From: Minisyncoccota bacterium
Lineage (GTDB): Bacteria > Patescibacteriota > Minisyncoccia > UBA6257
DNA length: 64,000 nt
NCBI GenBank assembly: GCA_028695015.1
Contig: JAQVJR010000001.1
Coordinates: 100,422-164,421, forward strand
Direction of reading: 5' to 3'
This document shows positions 37,487 through 47,261 of this stretch, one piece after another. The first letter of the stretch is position 1. Each line of letters starts with the position of its first letter. The notes beneath the pieces were generated by a model. That model worked only from the letters and a program-made list of their open reading frames with translations, was not told the DNA's origin and ran no database searches. The position numbers and the translations under genes were made by a program.

Positions 37487-38803
37487 TTACTGCACAGGGA
37501 TATAGTCTGGGTCTATGGGCAAAGTAAAGGTAAAGATAGAGCCTCGGCCTAAAACAGATTTGGCTGAAATTTTCCCACCATGTCGTTCAATGATATTTTT
37601 AGCCAAATACAAACCCAAACCAATACCACTGGTTTGTTCTTTTAATACTTGTTTTGATCTGAAAAACTTAGTGAATAATCTTGACATATCTTCTGGCGCC
37701 ACTCCCTTACCTGTATCTTCAACGGAAATCATGATAAAAGGCTTGTTTTCCATTAAATCAATTTTTATCCTAACCTCTCCATTTTGAACATTATACTTAA
37801 TAGCATTATCTACTAAAATCTCTAATACTAATTTAATCCTTAAAGGATCCATCACAAATGGCTTTAAATTAAATTCTGGCCGATGAAATATTAACTTGAT
37901 GCTACCTTTCTGAGCTGAAGGTTCAAATTTAATAAAAGTTTCTTCAATAATTTTTTCCAAATCAGCAACAATAAATTGGAAACCAAATCTTCCTTCTTCT
38001 ATTTGAGCTGCGTTTAATAAATCTTCTACGGTTTTTAAACTTTCTTGCATTGCTTTTTGACCATCACCAAGCAATTGCTCTTGTTCTGGATTTAAGGGTC
38101 CTAAATCTTTTGTAGCTAATAATTCTAATATCCAAGCCAAACCAGACATTGGCGTTCTTAATTGATGAGCCACTATTGTAATAAAATCTGATTGTATTTT
38201 TCTTAAAACCTCTTCTTTGGTTAAATCATGAACAATACGTAAAAATCCATACAAATGACCTTTGTCATCTATTACTTTGGTGGTCACTATCTCTAAAACC
38301 ATTTCTTTTGGCTGAAAAAACTTTATTTTTATTTTTTCAGGGTAAGAATCAATGGTTCTTTCCATGACCACAGGAGCTAAGCTAGGAAAAATCAATTTGG
38401 CTAAAGTGCCATAATGAATATCATTACTTAATTCTGGAGTCACTATCTTACCAATAAGATCTTTCTTGCTTAAATTAAGAAACTTAACCATAGCTTCATT
38501 AACTAAAACAATCTCAAAGTTCTGGGTATAAGAAATAACTGGATCATCAATACTACTAATAATGGCATTGATTTGATTCCTTTCAACATCCAAGCGATAA
38601 ATCTTATCTACATTTTCTATCAAAACTACTGCCATGATTAAATAAAAAATAAATAAACCAATGCTAATTATTAAATTCAAAGGCCAATCCATCCATAAGA
38701 AATTAAAAACAATCTGCCCAATTAAAATACCCCCAAAAAACCAAAAAATTAAAAGTTGAGAAGAGAAAAAATGTTTTTTTAATTTTGCAAAAAATTTAAA
38801 CAT
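37487..38803 (-). CDS. Membrane sensor histidine kinase (PAS, HisKA, HATPase_c)
   Basis: Two TM segments, PAS-like region, AHQLRTP H-box, DNAIKY, DTG.G, GLGLYL. Confidence 0.93.
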   Translation of the reverse strand: MFKFFAKLKKHFFSSQLLIFWFFGGILIGQIVFNFLWMDWPLNLIISIGLFIFYLIMAVVLIENVDKIYRLDVERNQINAIISSIDDPVISYTQNFEIVLVNEAMVKFLNLSKKDLIGKIVTPELSNDIHYGTLAKLIFPSLAPVVMERTIDSYPEKIKIKFFQPKEMVLEIVTTKVIDDKGHLYGFLRIVHDLTKEEVLRKIQSDFITIVAHQLRTPMSGLAWILELLATKDLGPLNPEQEQLLGDGQKAMQESLKTVEDLLNAAQIEEGRFGFQFIVADLEKIIEETFIKFEPSAQKGSIKLIFHRPEFNLKPFVMDPLRIKLVLEILVDNAIKYNVQNGEVRIKIDLMENKPFIMISVEDTGKGVAPEDMSRLFTKFFRSKQVLKEQTSGIGLGLYLAKNIIERHGGKISAKSVLGRGSIFTFTLPIDPDYIPVQ

Positions 38804-38812
38804 AGAAACAAT

Positions 38813-41449
38813 TTAAATATCTAACTCTTCCATTTTCCCCCAATTCTTGCCTTTTCTGATTTTCACTTCCAAAGGCACAGTTAAAACAACAGCCGTTTCC
38901 ATTATCTTTTTAAAACAAGGAGCTATTTCCTTTATTATCTCAGATTTAATTTCCAGTATCAACTCATCATGAATTTGAACTAATATCTTTGCTTGTTCTT
39001 CTATCTGATGTTGAAAAACATATTCTTGAATTTTAATCATTGACATCTTGATTATATCAGCAGCTAATCCTTGAATTGGCGCATTAAAAGCTATTCTTTC
39101 TTGCTCTTTGGCCCTTTTACCAAAAGTACCCAGAAGAGGCAACAATCTCTTGCGACCAAAAATAGTTTCCACATATCCATTTCTTGTAGCTGTTTCTAAA
39201 GTATTATCCAAGTATTTTTTTAAACTGGAAAATTGGGCAAAATATTTCTGCCTAAAAACCTCTGCTTCTTTTAAAGAAATATTAGCGGTTTGAGCAAAAG
39301 CCCTATTGCCCATTCCATAAATAATACCAAAATTCAAAGCCTTGGCTTGATTTCTCATTTCTGAAGTGATTTCTTCTTCTGGTTTGCCATGAACATAGCT
39401 TGCGGTCGCCAAATGAACATCTTTGTTTTGATTAAAAATTTCCATCATTTTCTTATCTTGAGAAAGATGAGCCGCTAGTCTTAATTCTATCTGCGAATAA
39501 TCAAAAGAAACTAAAGAAAATGATTCTTCTGCTACAAAAGCATTACGAATTTGTTTATCTAAAGATTCATTCTGAGGAATATTCTGTAAATTAGGCTTTT
39601 CTGAAGAAAGACGACCTGTAGCCGTTCCAGTTTGATTCCAAATGGTATGAATTCTTCTTGTCTTTTCATTAATAAACTTAGGCAATGTTTCTAAAAAAGA
39701 ATTTTCTAATTTCTTTAGACCACGATATTTTATTAATAATGGAATAATTGGATGCTCTTTTTCTATCTTAAAAAGCTCATCCATTTTAGTTGATATTTTC
39801 CGCGTACTGGTTTTCTTAAGTTCTTTTGGAGAAATACCTAAATTTTCAAATAAAATTACTGATAATTGTTGTGGCGAATTAATATTAAATTCTTGACCAG
39901 CTAATTGATAAATTTGTTCTTCTAATTTTTTAATTTCTTTTTTATTAGCTTGATCTAAATCTTTTAAAAAATCTAAATCTAATAAAATACCATTCTCTTC
40001 CATTAAAGCTATTATTGGTATTAAAGGCTTTTCAATCTTCATCCAAACATTTTCCAATCCTAAGGCAAGTATTTTCTCTTCAATCGCTTTTATTAAAGGT
40101 AGTAATAAAGCTAAAGAATTTTCAAATGATTCCTCTGTTTCCTGTTTTAAAAAGAATTTTTCTAAAGAAGATATTTTGTAATTTTTCCTATCTGGGTCAA
40201 TTAACCAAGCAAGGATTTTTATATCATCTATCAGAACAGAAGGAAACATTTTTAATTCTTCAAAGATAACCTTAGCTTCAAAACTGACTATTTTCTTTGT
40301 TTGCCAATCAATTTGCTCTTTAAAAAAATCATTAAATAAATTCTCTGGCAAATAATACAATTTATCTAATAAACTAATACCCAAGCCCTTTACTTTTCTT
40401 GCCCCCCATTTTTCTCCTTGATAATCCAAAAGCAATCCTAATGTTTTTTCTGTTTTAATTTTAGCTATCAAATCTTTTAAATCTATTGGGGTATTTACAA
40501 TAAATAATGAATTTTTAATTTGTTTTGAAGCTTTTATCTCTTCATTAACAAACACCCTTGCAAGCAAGCTATGAAATCCTAATTTACCTAATAAATCTTT
40601 TAGGTTTTTCTCATCTGGAATCTCAAATTTAGCTTTTTCTAAATTAAAATCTTCTAAAGGTATTTTTCTTTCAATTAACACTAAATGACGACTAAAATAA
40701 GCTTGGTCTTCAAAATCCTTTAATTGTTTAAAAATTCTTGGCGTTATCTTTAATTCTGGGTTTTTATTAATTAATTCTTCTACAGTTGAGGATTCTTTTA
40801 ATTGTGTATAAAGATTGTCTAGATTATTGAAATTTTTCATTAACATTAAGGCGGTTTTTTCACCAATAGCTGGCACTCCAGGAATATTATCAGAAGGATC
40901 TCCTTTTAAAGCCTTCCAATCAATTAATTGCTCTGGTTTTAATTGAAATCTTTCTTTTATCTTTTCTTTATTGTAAATGATTTTATCTTGAAGACCACGC
41001 CCAAAAGTATAAACAAAAACTTTATCATTAACTAATTGTAAAGTATCTAAATCACCAGTAATAATAAAAGTTTCTAAATCTTCATCTTGAGTTTTTTCTA
41101 CCACACTACCTATTAAATCATCAGCTTCATAACCTTCTGCTTCTAAGATAGGCACGCCAAATTTTCTCAACAAGTCTTTAATTATTAAAATCTGTTCATA
41201 AAAATTATCTGGCATTTTTTCCCTTTTGATTTTGTATTCTTTGTATTCTTGATGCCGAAAAGTCGGTGCGGCCAAATCAAAAGTAGCCACTACATAATCT
41301 GGATTTAGCTCTTTAAGCATTTTCAAAAAAAACAACATAAACCCATAGACTCCATTAACTAAAACACCATCAGGCGAAGTTAAAGGAGGCAAGGCATGAT
41401 AAGAGCGATGCGCTAAGGCATAAGAATCAATAATAGCTAATTTTTGCAT
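38813..41449 (-). CDS. polA: DNA polymerase I
   Basis: 5'-3' exonuclease motifs (EADD, GDPSDN) and polymerase motifs TGRLSS..PNLQN, DYSQIELR, NFGIIYG, QIHDEL. Confidence 0.98.
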   Translation of the reverse strand: MQKLAIIDSYALAHRSYHALPPLTSPDGVLVNGVYGFMLFFLKMLKELNPDYVVATFDLAAPTFRHQEYKEYKIKREKMPDNFYEQILIIKDLLRKFGVPILEAEGYEADDLIGSVVEKTQDEDLETFIITGDLDTLQLVNDKVFVYTFGRGLQDKIIYNKEKIKERFQLKPEQLIDWKALKGDPSDNIPGVPAIGEKTALMLMKNFNNLDNLYTQLKESSTVEELINKNPELKITPRIFKQLKDFEDQAYFSRHLVLIERKIPLEDFNLEKAKFEIPDEKNLKDLLGKLGFHSLLARVFVNEEIKASKQIKNSLFIVNTPIDLKDLIAKIKTEKTLGLLLDYQGEKWGARKVKGLGISLLDKLYYLPENLFNDFFKEQIDWQTKKIVSFEAKVIFEELKMFPSVLIDDIKILAWLIDPDRKNYKISSLEKFFLKQETEESFENSLALLLPLIKAIEEKILALGLENVWMKIEKPLIPIIALMEENGILLDLDFLKDLDQANKKEIKKLEEQIYQLAGQEFNINSPQQLSVILFENLGISPKELKKTSTRKISTKMDELFKIEKEHPIIPLLIKYRGLKKLENSFLETLPKFINEKTRRIHTIWNQTGTATGRLSSEKPNLQNIPQNESLDKQIRNAFVAEESFSLVSFDYSQIELRLAAHLSQDKKMMEIFNQNKDVHLATASYVHGKPEEEITSEMRNQAKALNFGIIYGMGNRAFAQTANISLKEAEVFRQKYFAQFSSLKKYLDNTLETATRNGYVETIFGRKRLLPLLGTFGKRAKEQERIAFNAPIQGLAADIIKMSMIKIQEYVFQHQIEEQAKILVQIHDELILEIKSEIIKEIAPCFKKIMETAVVLTVPLEVKIRKGKNWGKMEELDI

Positions 41450-41460
41450 AATTCCACTAT

Positions 41461-41928
41461 TTAAGGGATATAAAATTCCAATATCCTTGTATTTTGTTCT
41501 AGCATTTTAAACTTTATTTTCCAGTGCTTTAAAGGTAATAATTTTTTAATCTTATTACCCCACTCAATAAATATTATATTCGTCGGCTCAGATATGATTT
41601 CTTGAAAACCCAAGACCTCTATTTCTTTTATTTTTCCCAAACGATAACAATCTAAGTGCCATAATGTTTTAAAAGAATTTTTAATCTTATTAGAAAAAGG
41701 AAAGCTTTTCATTATTAAAAATGTTGGGCTAAAAACTTTTTCTTTTAATTTTAAAGATCTAGCCACCCCTTTTAAAAACTCTGTTTTGCCACTACCTAAA
41801 TCACCTTCTAAGGAAACAACAAAAGCTTGTTTATTGGAAACAGGTTCTCGTTTTAATACAGATTTAATAAAAAAACCAGCAATTTCTTGCGTTTCTTTTG
41901 GGCTTTCACTGATGATTTTAAGCTTCAT
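41461..41928 (-). CDS. tsaE: tRNA t6A biosynthesis ATPase TsaE
   Basis: GDLGSGKT, SPTF, HLDCYRL, IEW. Confidence 0.94.
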   Translation of the reverse strand: MKLKIISESPKETQEIAGFFIKSVLKREPVSNKQAFVVSLEGDLGSGKTEFLKGVARSLKLKEKVFSPTFLIMKSFPFSNKIKNSFKTLWHLDCYRLGKIKEIEVLGFQEIISEPTNIIFIEWGNKIKKLLPLKHWKIKFKMLEQNTRILEFYIP

Positions 41929-41989
41929 TATCTAATTCTAACATAATAATTGGCTTTTCTAAAGAACCTTGGGATGATATAATAAAACT

Positions 41990-44884
41990 ATGAGTGATTT
42001 AACAAAAAAAAGAGAAGAGAAAATAAAATCCCTTTGGCAAGAATCTAAAGAAAGAGCCGCTCAAGAATTAGCCCTAAAACAAAATCTTGCCTACATTGAT
42101 TTGAGAAAAACTCCCATAGAAACCAGTGCTCTGGGCATTGTTCCTGAACAAGAAGCTAAAGAAGCTAGCTTGGTTGTATTTCAAAGAATAGGCAATAAAA
42201 TTAATCTTGCTGTCTTAGATCCAGCTAATTTTAAAGCTTTAAAAATCATCAGTGATTTAGAAAAACAAGGATATAAGATAAAGACCTTTGTTGCCACTCA
42301 AGAAGGCTTAAATCAAGCTTGGAAAAATTATACTTTTGTCCGTCCGCGTTTAACAGAATTAACTCATTTTATAGAAATCACTCAGGCTGAATCTATAGAA
42401 TTCAATGACCTTCATGAAAAATTATTAACAATACCTGCTGAAGATGTAACTACTTTAGTTTCATTAATTCTTAAATCAGCTGTTATTATTGACGCCTCAG
42501 ATATCCATGTTGAACCTCAAACAGATCAAGCCTTGATTCGTTTTCGAGTTGATGGTGTCTTGTATGATGTTTGCGAAATTGACAAAAAGAAATATCACAC
42601 TCTGAATCAGAGACTAAAATTATTAGCTGGATTAAAATTAAACATTGAAACTATTTCTCAAAACGGACGTTTTACTATTCAAAACAATAAAGATTTTATA
42701 GATGTTCGCGCCTCTAGTCTTCCTGGCCCTCAAGGAGAATATTTGGTTTTCCGTCTTTTAAATCCCCGACGGGGCGCTTTTGGTTTAAGTGATTTAGGAG
42801 TTAGCCTTAATAGTGCTAAGATTTTTAAACAAACAATTTCTGCTCCTAATGGAATGATTTTACTTACTGGACCAACTGGTTCTGGTAAAACAACAACCCT
42901 TTATACTTTTATAAAAGAAAAAGTTTCTCCAGGGATTAAAATCATTACCTTAGAAGATCCAATTGAATACAATATTCCTGGTGTTAATCAAACCCAAGTG
43001 ACTAAAAGATATGATTTTGCCAATGGTTTAAAATCAATTCTCCGTCAAGACCCAGATGTAGTAATGGTAGGAGAAATGAGAGATTCAGAAACAGTCAAAA
43101 CAGCGCTTCAAGCTTCTTTAACTGGTCATCTTGTCTTTTCTACCTTGCATACAAATGAAGCCTGTGGCACTATTGCCCGATTATTAGAGCTTGGTGCTGA
43201 TTCTTCAACTATTACCAATTCCCTAAGATTGGTTATTGCTCAAAGATTAATTAGACGCCTTTGCCCTGATTGCAAAGAACAATACACTCCTTCTCCTGAA
43301 ATTAAAGAACAATTAATTAATGCTTTTAGCATTCTTTCTCCAAAAAGCAAAGTTACTATTCCTAAAGATATTCCTGTTCTTTTTAAACCTAAAGGTTGTG
43401 AGAAATGCCATTGGCTAGGATATAAAGAACAAATAGGTATTTTTGAACATTTTACAATGAGTCCGCGTATTATTCAGAAAATTAAACAAGAAGCAGATCA
43501 AAATGAATTAAGAACTACAGCAATCGATGAAGGCATGGTGCCTCTATTCCATGATGGCTTATTAAAAACAATTGAAGGCATCACTTCTTTAGAAGAAGTA
43601 GTTAGAGTTGCTGGTGATATTTCATACATTCAAGATCTTTATAAAGAACTTTTTTCACAAATTTTAATTCGTGGGGTCACTGTCACTCCTCAAGAATTAA
43701 AAAAAATAGAACAATTACTCCAAGATAATAAACCCATAGCGTCTTTATTAAAAAACCAATCTACAGAAAAGCAAATTGGTTTTATCCTTGCTTCAGCTTT
43801 AAAATCTAGAGCCACTGATGCTCACTTTGAGCCAGAAGAAAAACAAGGATTAGTGAGACAAAGGATTGATGGTGTTCTTCATCCTTTAGCTTCTTTTGGT
43901 ATTACTGATTACCCAAAGATAATTAATGAAATAAAAAACCTCAGTGGATTAAAAACTGAGGAAACTCAAAAAGTCCAAGAAGGCAGATTTCGTTTAATCT
44001 TACCTGACCAATCATTTGATCTTCGTCTTTCTATTATTCCTGGTGGTTATGGAGAAAGCGCCTCAATAAGAATCTTAGGTGGTGAAACTTCAATGCTTGA
44101 ATTAGAAAAATTAGGTTTTCTTCCTTCAACTCAAGAAAAAATTGAAAAAATCTTAGAAAAAAAAGTTGGGCTTATCCTAGCTGCTGGTCCAACTTCTTCT
44201 GGAAAAACAACCACTTTATTCTCTTTGCTTAAAAAATTAGCCAAACCTGATGTTAAAATCATTACGGTAGAAGATCCAATTGAATATCGCTTACCTAATA
44301 TTATCCAAACACAAATTAATGAGGAAAAAGGATATACCTTTGCTAAAGCTCTACGCAGTTTATTGCGTCAAAACCCAAATATTTTCTTAATTGGAGAAAT
44401 CAGAGACAAAGAAACAGCTCAACTTGTTTGGGAAGCTTCATTAACTGGTCATCTTGTTTTCTCAACTATTCATACTAATGATGCCTTAGGTGTTGTTTCC
44501 AGATTAAAAAGCTTGGAAATTCCTTCAGAAGAAATGATTGCTGGGATTAATCTTGTTATTGCCCAAAGATTAATTCGTTGCCTCTGTCCTCATTGTAAAG
44601 AGAAAATAAAAATCCCTAAAGAAATCATTCCTTATGCCAAAAAAGCTTTAAAACAATTTCCTGAATACAAACAACCAGAATACATTTTCCAAGCCAAAGG
44701 ATGTGCTCAATGTAGTTTTACAGGTTATCAAGGACAAATTGGAATTTTTGAAACTTTAATTCCTCCTACCCAAACAAAAGATTTAGCTCAAGTAGATTTT
44801 CCTAAATTAATAGATGATGGAACAATTAAGGTTCTTTTAGGCCAAACTTCTTGGGAAGAAATTAAAAGAGTTTTAGGTATCTAA
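41990..44884 (+). CDS. Tandem double GspE/PilB-family secretion/pilus ATPase
   Basis: Two complete modules: SDIHVEP/TDAHFEP, GPTGSGKTT/GPTSSGKTT, EDPIEY twice, LRQDPD/LRQNPN, GE.RD twice, TGHLVFST.HTN twice, and two Cys4 zinc motifs. Confidence 0.92.
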   Translation: MSDLTKKREEKIKSLWQESKERAAQELALKQNLAYIDLRKTPIETSALGIVPEQEAKEASLVVFQRIGNKINLAVLDPANFKALKIISDLEKQGYKIKTFVATQEGLNQAWKNYTFVRPRLTELTHFIEITQAESIEFNDLHEKLLTIPAEDVTTLVSLILKSAVIIDASDIHVEPQTDQALIRFRVDGVLYDVCEIDKKKYHTLNQRLKLLAGLKLNIETISQNGRFTIQNNKDFIDVRASSLPGPQGEYLVFRLLNPRRGAFGLSDLGVSLNSAKIFKQTISAPNGMILLTGPTGSGKTTTLYTFIKEKVSPGIKIITLEDPIEYNIPGVNQTQVTKRYDFANGLKSILRQDPDVVMVGEMRDSETVKTALQASLTGHLVFSTLHTNEACGTIARLLELGADSSTITNSLRLVIAQRLIRRLCPDCKEQYTPSPEIKEQLINAFSILSPKSKVTIPKDIPVLFKPKGCEKCHWLGYKEQIGIFEHFTMSPRIIQKIKQEADQNELRTTAIDEGMVPLFHDGLLKTIEGITSLEEVVRVAGDISYIQDLYKELFSQILIRGVTVTPQELKKIEQLLQDNKPIASLLKNQSTEKQIGFILASALKSRATDAHFEPEEKQGLVRQRIDGVLHPLASFGITDYPKIINEIKNLSGLKTEETQKVQEGRFRLILPDQSFDLRLSIIPGGYGESASIRILGGETSMLELEKLGFLPSTQEKIEKILEKKVGLILAAGPTSSGKTTTLFSLLKKLAKPDVKIITVEDPIEYRLPNIIQTQINEEKGYTFAKALRSLLRQNPNIFLIGEIRDKETAQLVWEASLTGHLVFSTIHTNDALGVVSRLKSLEIPSEEMIAGINLVIAQRLIRCLCPHCKEKIKIPKEIIPYAKKALKQFPEYKQPEYIFQAKGCAQCSFTGYQGQIGIFETLIPPTQTKDLAQVDFPKLIDDGTIKVLLGQTSWEEIKRVLGI

Positions 44885-44886
44885 AT

Positions 44887-45058
44887 AAAAAAAGGGCTCA
44901 TTAATCTGCAGGCAAATAATCCCAAAGCGGGAGTTCAAGATTACCCCGAGGTATATTCCAGGCATAAGTCCAAAATACCCATCTGCAAATAATCCCCAAA
45001 CAAGCAAATACTTGCGTGCCCACAGATTAATAAGTCCTTTTAATTTTCAAAACCCTAC
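44887..45058 (-). ncRNA. Structured intergenic ncRNA, 6S RNA (SsrS) candidate
   Basis: 25-bp closing stem (45017-45041 with 44890-44914) with G-U pairs only on the minus strand; central region; inner stem containing CTTGAAC; own promoter; ends in a U-tract. Confidence 0.7.
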
Positions 45059-45063
45059 ACTTT

Positions 45064-45092
45064 ATTGTAGTATATAATTATCTATTTGTCAA
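45064..45092 (-). promoter_or_regulatory. Near-consensus sigma70 promoter for the ncRNA
   Basis: TTGACA-17 nt-TACAAT, with no protein gene downstream on that strand. Confidence 0.8.
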
Positions 45093-45111
45093 GTCTTTTA
45101 ATCCCCAATTA

Positions 45112-47253
45112 CTATTCCTTTTCTCTTACTTGTTTATCAACTTCTAAGCTAATTTTAGTTGCATTAATAATTTCTTCTAAAGGCATTGGCCATCTTCTCT
45201 GGTGTAAACAAACAGCTAGACTTTGAAGTTCTTCTAATAATCCTTTTTGTTGTTTAGAAGTTTTCATTCCAGCTTTTAAGCCATAAGTTCTTAAATGTTT
45301 AAAATCATCTAAGATAAAAACCTGACCTTCTGAATAAACCTCTAAATATTCTTTAGATAATTTTTCATCTCCTTGAGTTGTATAAACCAAATTAGCCACT
45401 GAACCATCTCTAAACTGAATCCCAGCAACAAAATTATCAGTCGTCAGATAAAAACTTTGTTGTGGGTTAATGGCAAAAGATTGTATTTTTTCTGGCTCTG
45501 ATTCAGTAAGATAACAAAACAAGTCAAACATATGACAAGCATTGCCAAGAATCCTACCACCACCTTCTGTAGTGTTAACCCAATGGCTAGGAGCTAAATA
45601 TGAATCATTAACCCGGTAATTGATTATTAAAGGACTTCTACGCTCATTAATGATTTCTTTAATTCTTTGAATAAAAGGAGAAAAACGACGATTAAAACCT
45701 ACCGTTAAACTAATTGGCTGCTCTAAGCTTTGTATTTTCAAGGTTTGTATAATATCATCCAGTTCTTGCTCAGTCAAGCATAAAGGTTTTTCCACAAAAA
45801 CATTCTTGCCAGCTTTTAAAGCGTCAATAACCATTGACGCATGTAAATTATGCCTGGTTGCAATCATGATTAAATCTATCTCTGGTTGGTTTAAAAGTTC
45901 ATGATAATCAGTTGTTGCCATCGTCGCTCCATATCGTTGAGCAAAATGCTTTGCCTTTACCTGATCGGTAACACAAATTCCTCTAATCTGATAAAACTCT
46001 TTGAGTTTTCTTAAATTAGGCAAATGAACTAATTGCATAAAACTACCAACACCAATCAATCCTACTTGTATCTTGCCTTCTGGTACTAAAGGTGAACAAA
46101 CTTGAATTGATTGTTTAGAATCTTTTTCTTTTAAAGCAGTGGCATAGGTTAATAAAACTGCTAAGGGTTTTTTAGAAGAATTTAATAGTTTATAAGCCAA
46201 ATCAGCTTGTTCTAAAGCATATTTTCCTTGAACTAATGAAGAAAAATTAATTTTCTTTTGTTGTAATAATTCTAGATAAGCTTGTAGATTTCTGTTTTCT
46301 GTCCAACGAACATAAGCATAAGGATAATCTTTACCTTGAATTTCATATTGTTCATCATTTCTACCTGGACCATAAGAAGTGGCAATTCTTAAATCAATTT
46401 CTTTTTCATACCAAGGCAATCTTTCTATCTTTAATCCAATATCACCCACTACCACTACCTTGCCTCTTTTTCTAGTTAAAAGCATTGCCTGATTAATAAT
46501 TTCATTATTTGATGAATCAGCTGCAGTAATAATTGTAGCATCAACACCTTGAAAATCAGTTAATGCATGTATTTTATTTAAAAGATTTTTATCTTTAGGA
46601 GAAAAAGCATCATTTAAGCCATTTTCCTTGGCTTTTTTAATTCTTTCTTTAGATAATTCAATGCCAATAGTTTTAATACCATTAGCTAAAAGCATCTGGG
46701 TTGTTAATTGACCTACTAATCCCAAACCAATAACAACAGCACTTTCTCCAATTCTTAAATCTGCTTGTCTAATGCCTTGCAAGGCAATTGCACCTATTGT
46801 AGCTGAACAGGCTTCTTCTGGTTCAACACCTATTGGAACCTTAGCTATTAAATTCCGAGGCACAGCTATAAATTCAGCATGGGAGGCAATATTAGCTCCA
46901 GCGCAAACAACCAAATCACCTTTTTTAATATCATTAATATCTTTACCCACTTTTACTACTTGACCGCAACAACTATAACCAGGGGTAATTCCTGATTCTA
47001 ACATTTCATTAACTATCTTATAGGCGCCAATAAACCCACGTTCTTTAGCTAATCTTAATCCTTTAGCTAATTTTGTTGGATATTTTAAAATTTTTAAAGG
47101 TAAAGGTTGTTTAGCAAAACTCAAACTTGATAATTCTGTACCAGAAGAAATCAAAGAATAAAGATTTTCAACTAAAACCTTATTAGCCCCACAGCTTGGT
47201 GCTGGCACTTCTTCTACTAAAACCTTTCCTTTTTTAAAAACTACTTGCCTCAT
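45112..47253 (-). CDS. Bi-domain oxidoreductase (Zn-ADH-like plus Gfo/Idh/MocA), typical of polysaccharide loci
   Basis: SLISSGTE, PGYSCCG, GLGLVG, SYGPGR, RWTENRN; second domain GLIGVG, VFVEKPL, GFNRRFSP. Confidence 0.88.
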   Translation of the reverse strand: MRQVVFKKGKVLVEEVPAPSCGANKVLVENLYSLISSGTELSSLSFAKQPLPLKILKYPTKLAKGLRLAKERGFIGAYKIVNEMLESGITPGYSCCGQVVKVGKDINDIKKGDLVVCAGANIASHAEFIAVPRNLIAKVPIGVEPEEACSATIGAIALQGIRQADLRIGESAVVIGLGLVGQLTTQMLLANGIKTIGIELSKERIKKAKENGLNDAFSPKDKNLLNKIHALTDFQGVDATIITAADSSNNEIINQAMLLTRKRGKVVVVGDIGLKIERLPWYEKEIDLRIATSYGPGRNDEQYEIQGKDYPYAYVRWTENRNLQAYLELLQQKKINFSSLVQGKYALEQADLAYKLLNSSKKPLAVLLTYATALKEKDSKQSIQVCSPLVPEGKIQVGLIGVGSFMQLVHLPNLRKLKEFYQIRGICVTDQVKAKHFAQRYGATMATTDYHELLNQPEIDLIMIATRHNLHASMVIDALKAGKNVFVEKPLCLTEQELDDIIQTLKIQSLEQPISLTVGFNRRFSPFIQRIKEIINERRSPLIINYRVNDSYLAPSHWVNTTEGGGRILGNACHMFDLFCYLTESEPEKIQSFAINPQQSFYLTTDNFVAGIQFRDGSVANLVYTTQGDEKLSKEYLEVYSEGQVFILDDFKHLRTYGLKAGMKTSKQQKGLLEELQSLAVCLHQRRWPMPLEEIINATKISLEVDKQVREKE

Positions 47254-47261
47254 AAATTAAA

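Noticed and set aside
44941-44982. 13-aa minus-strand ORF (MGILDLCLEYTSG) inside the ncRNA
   Set aside because: Very short, buried in the predicted stem and lacking initiation signals; an RNA function explains the region better.
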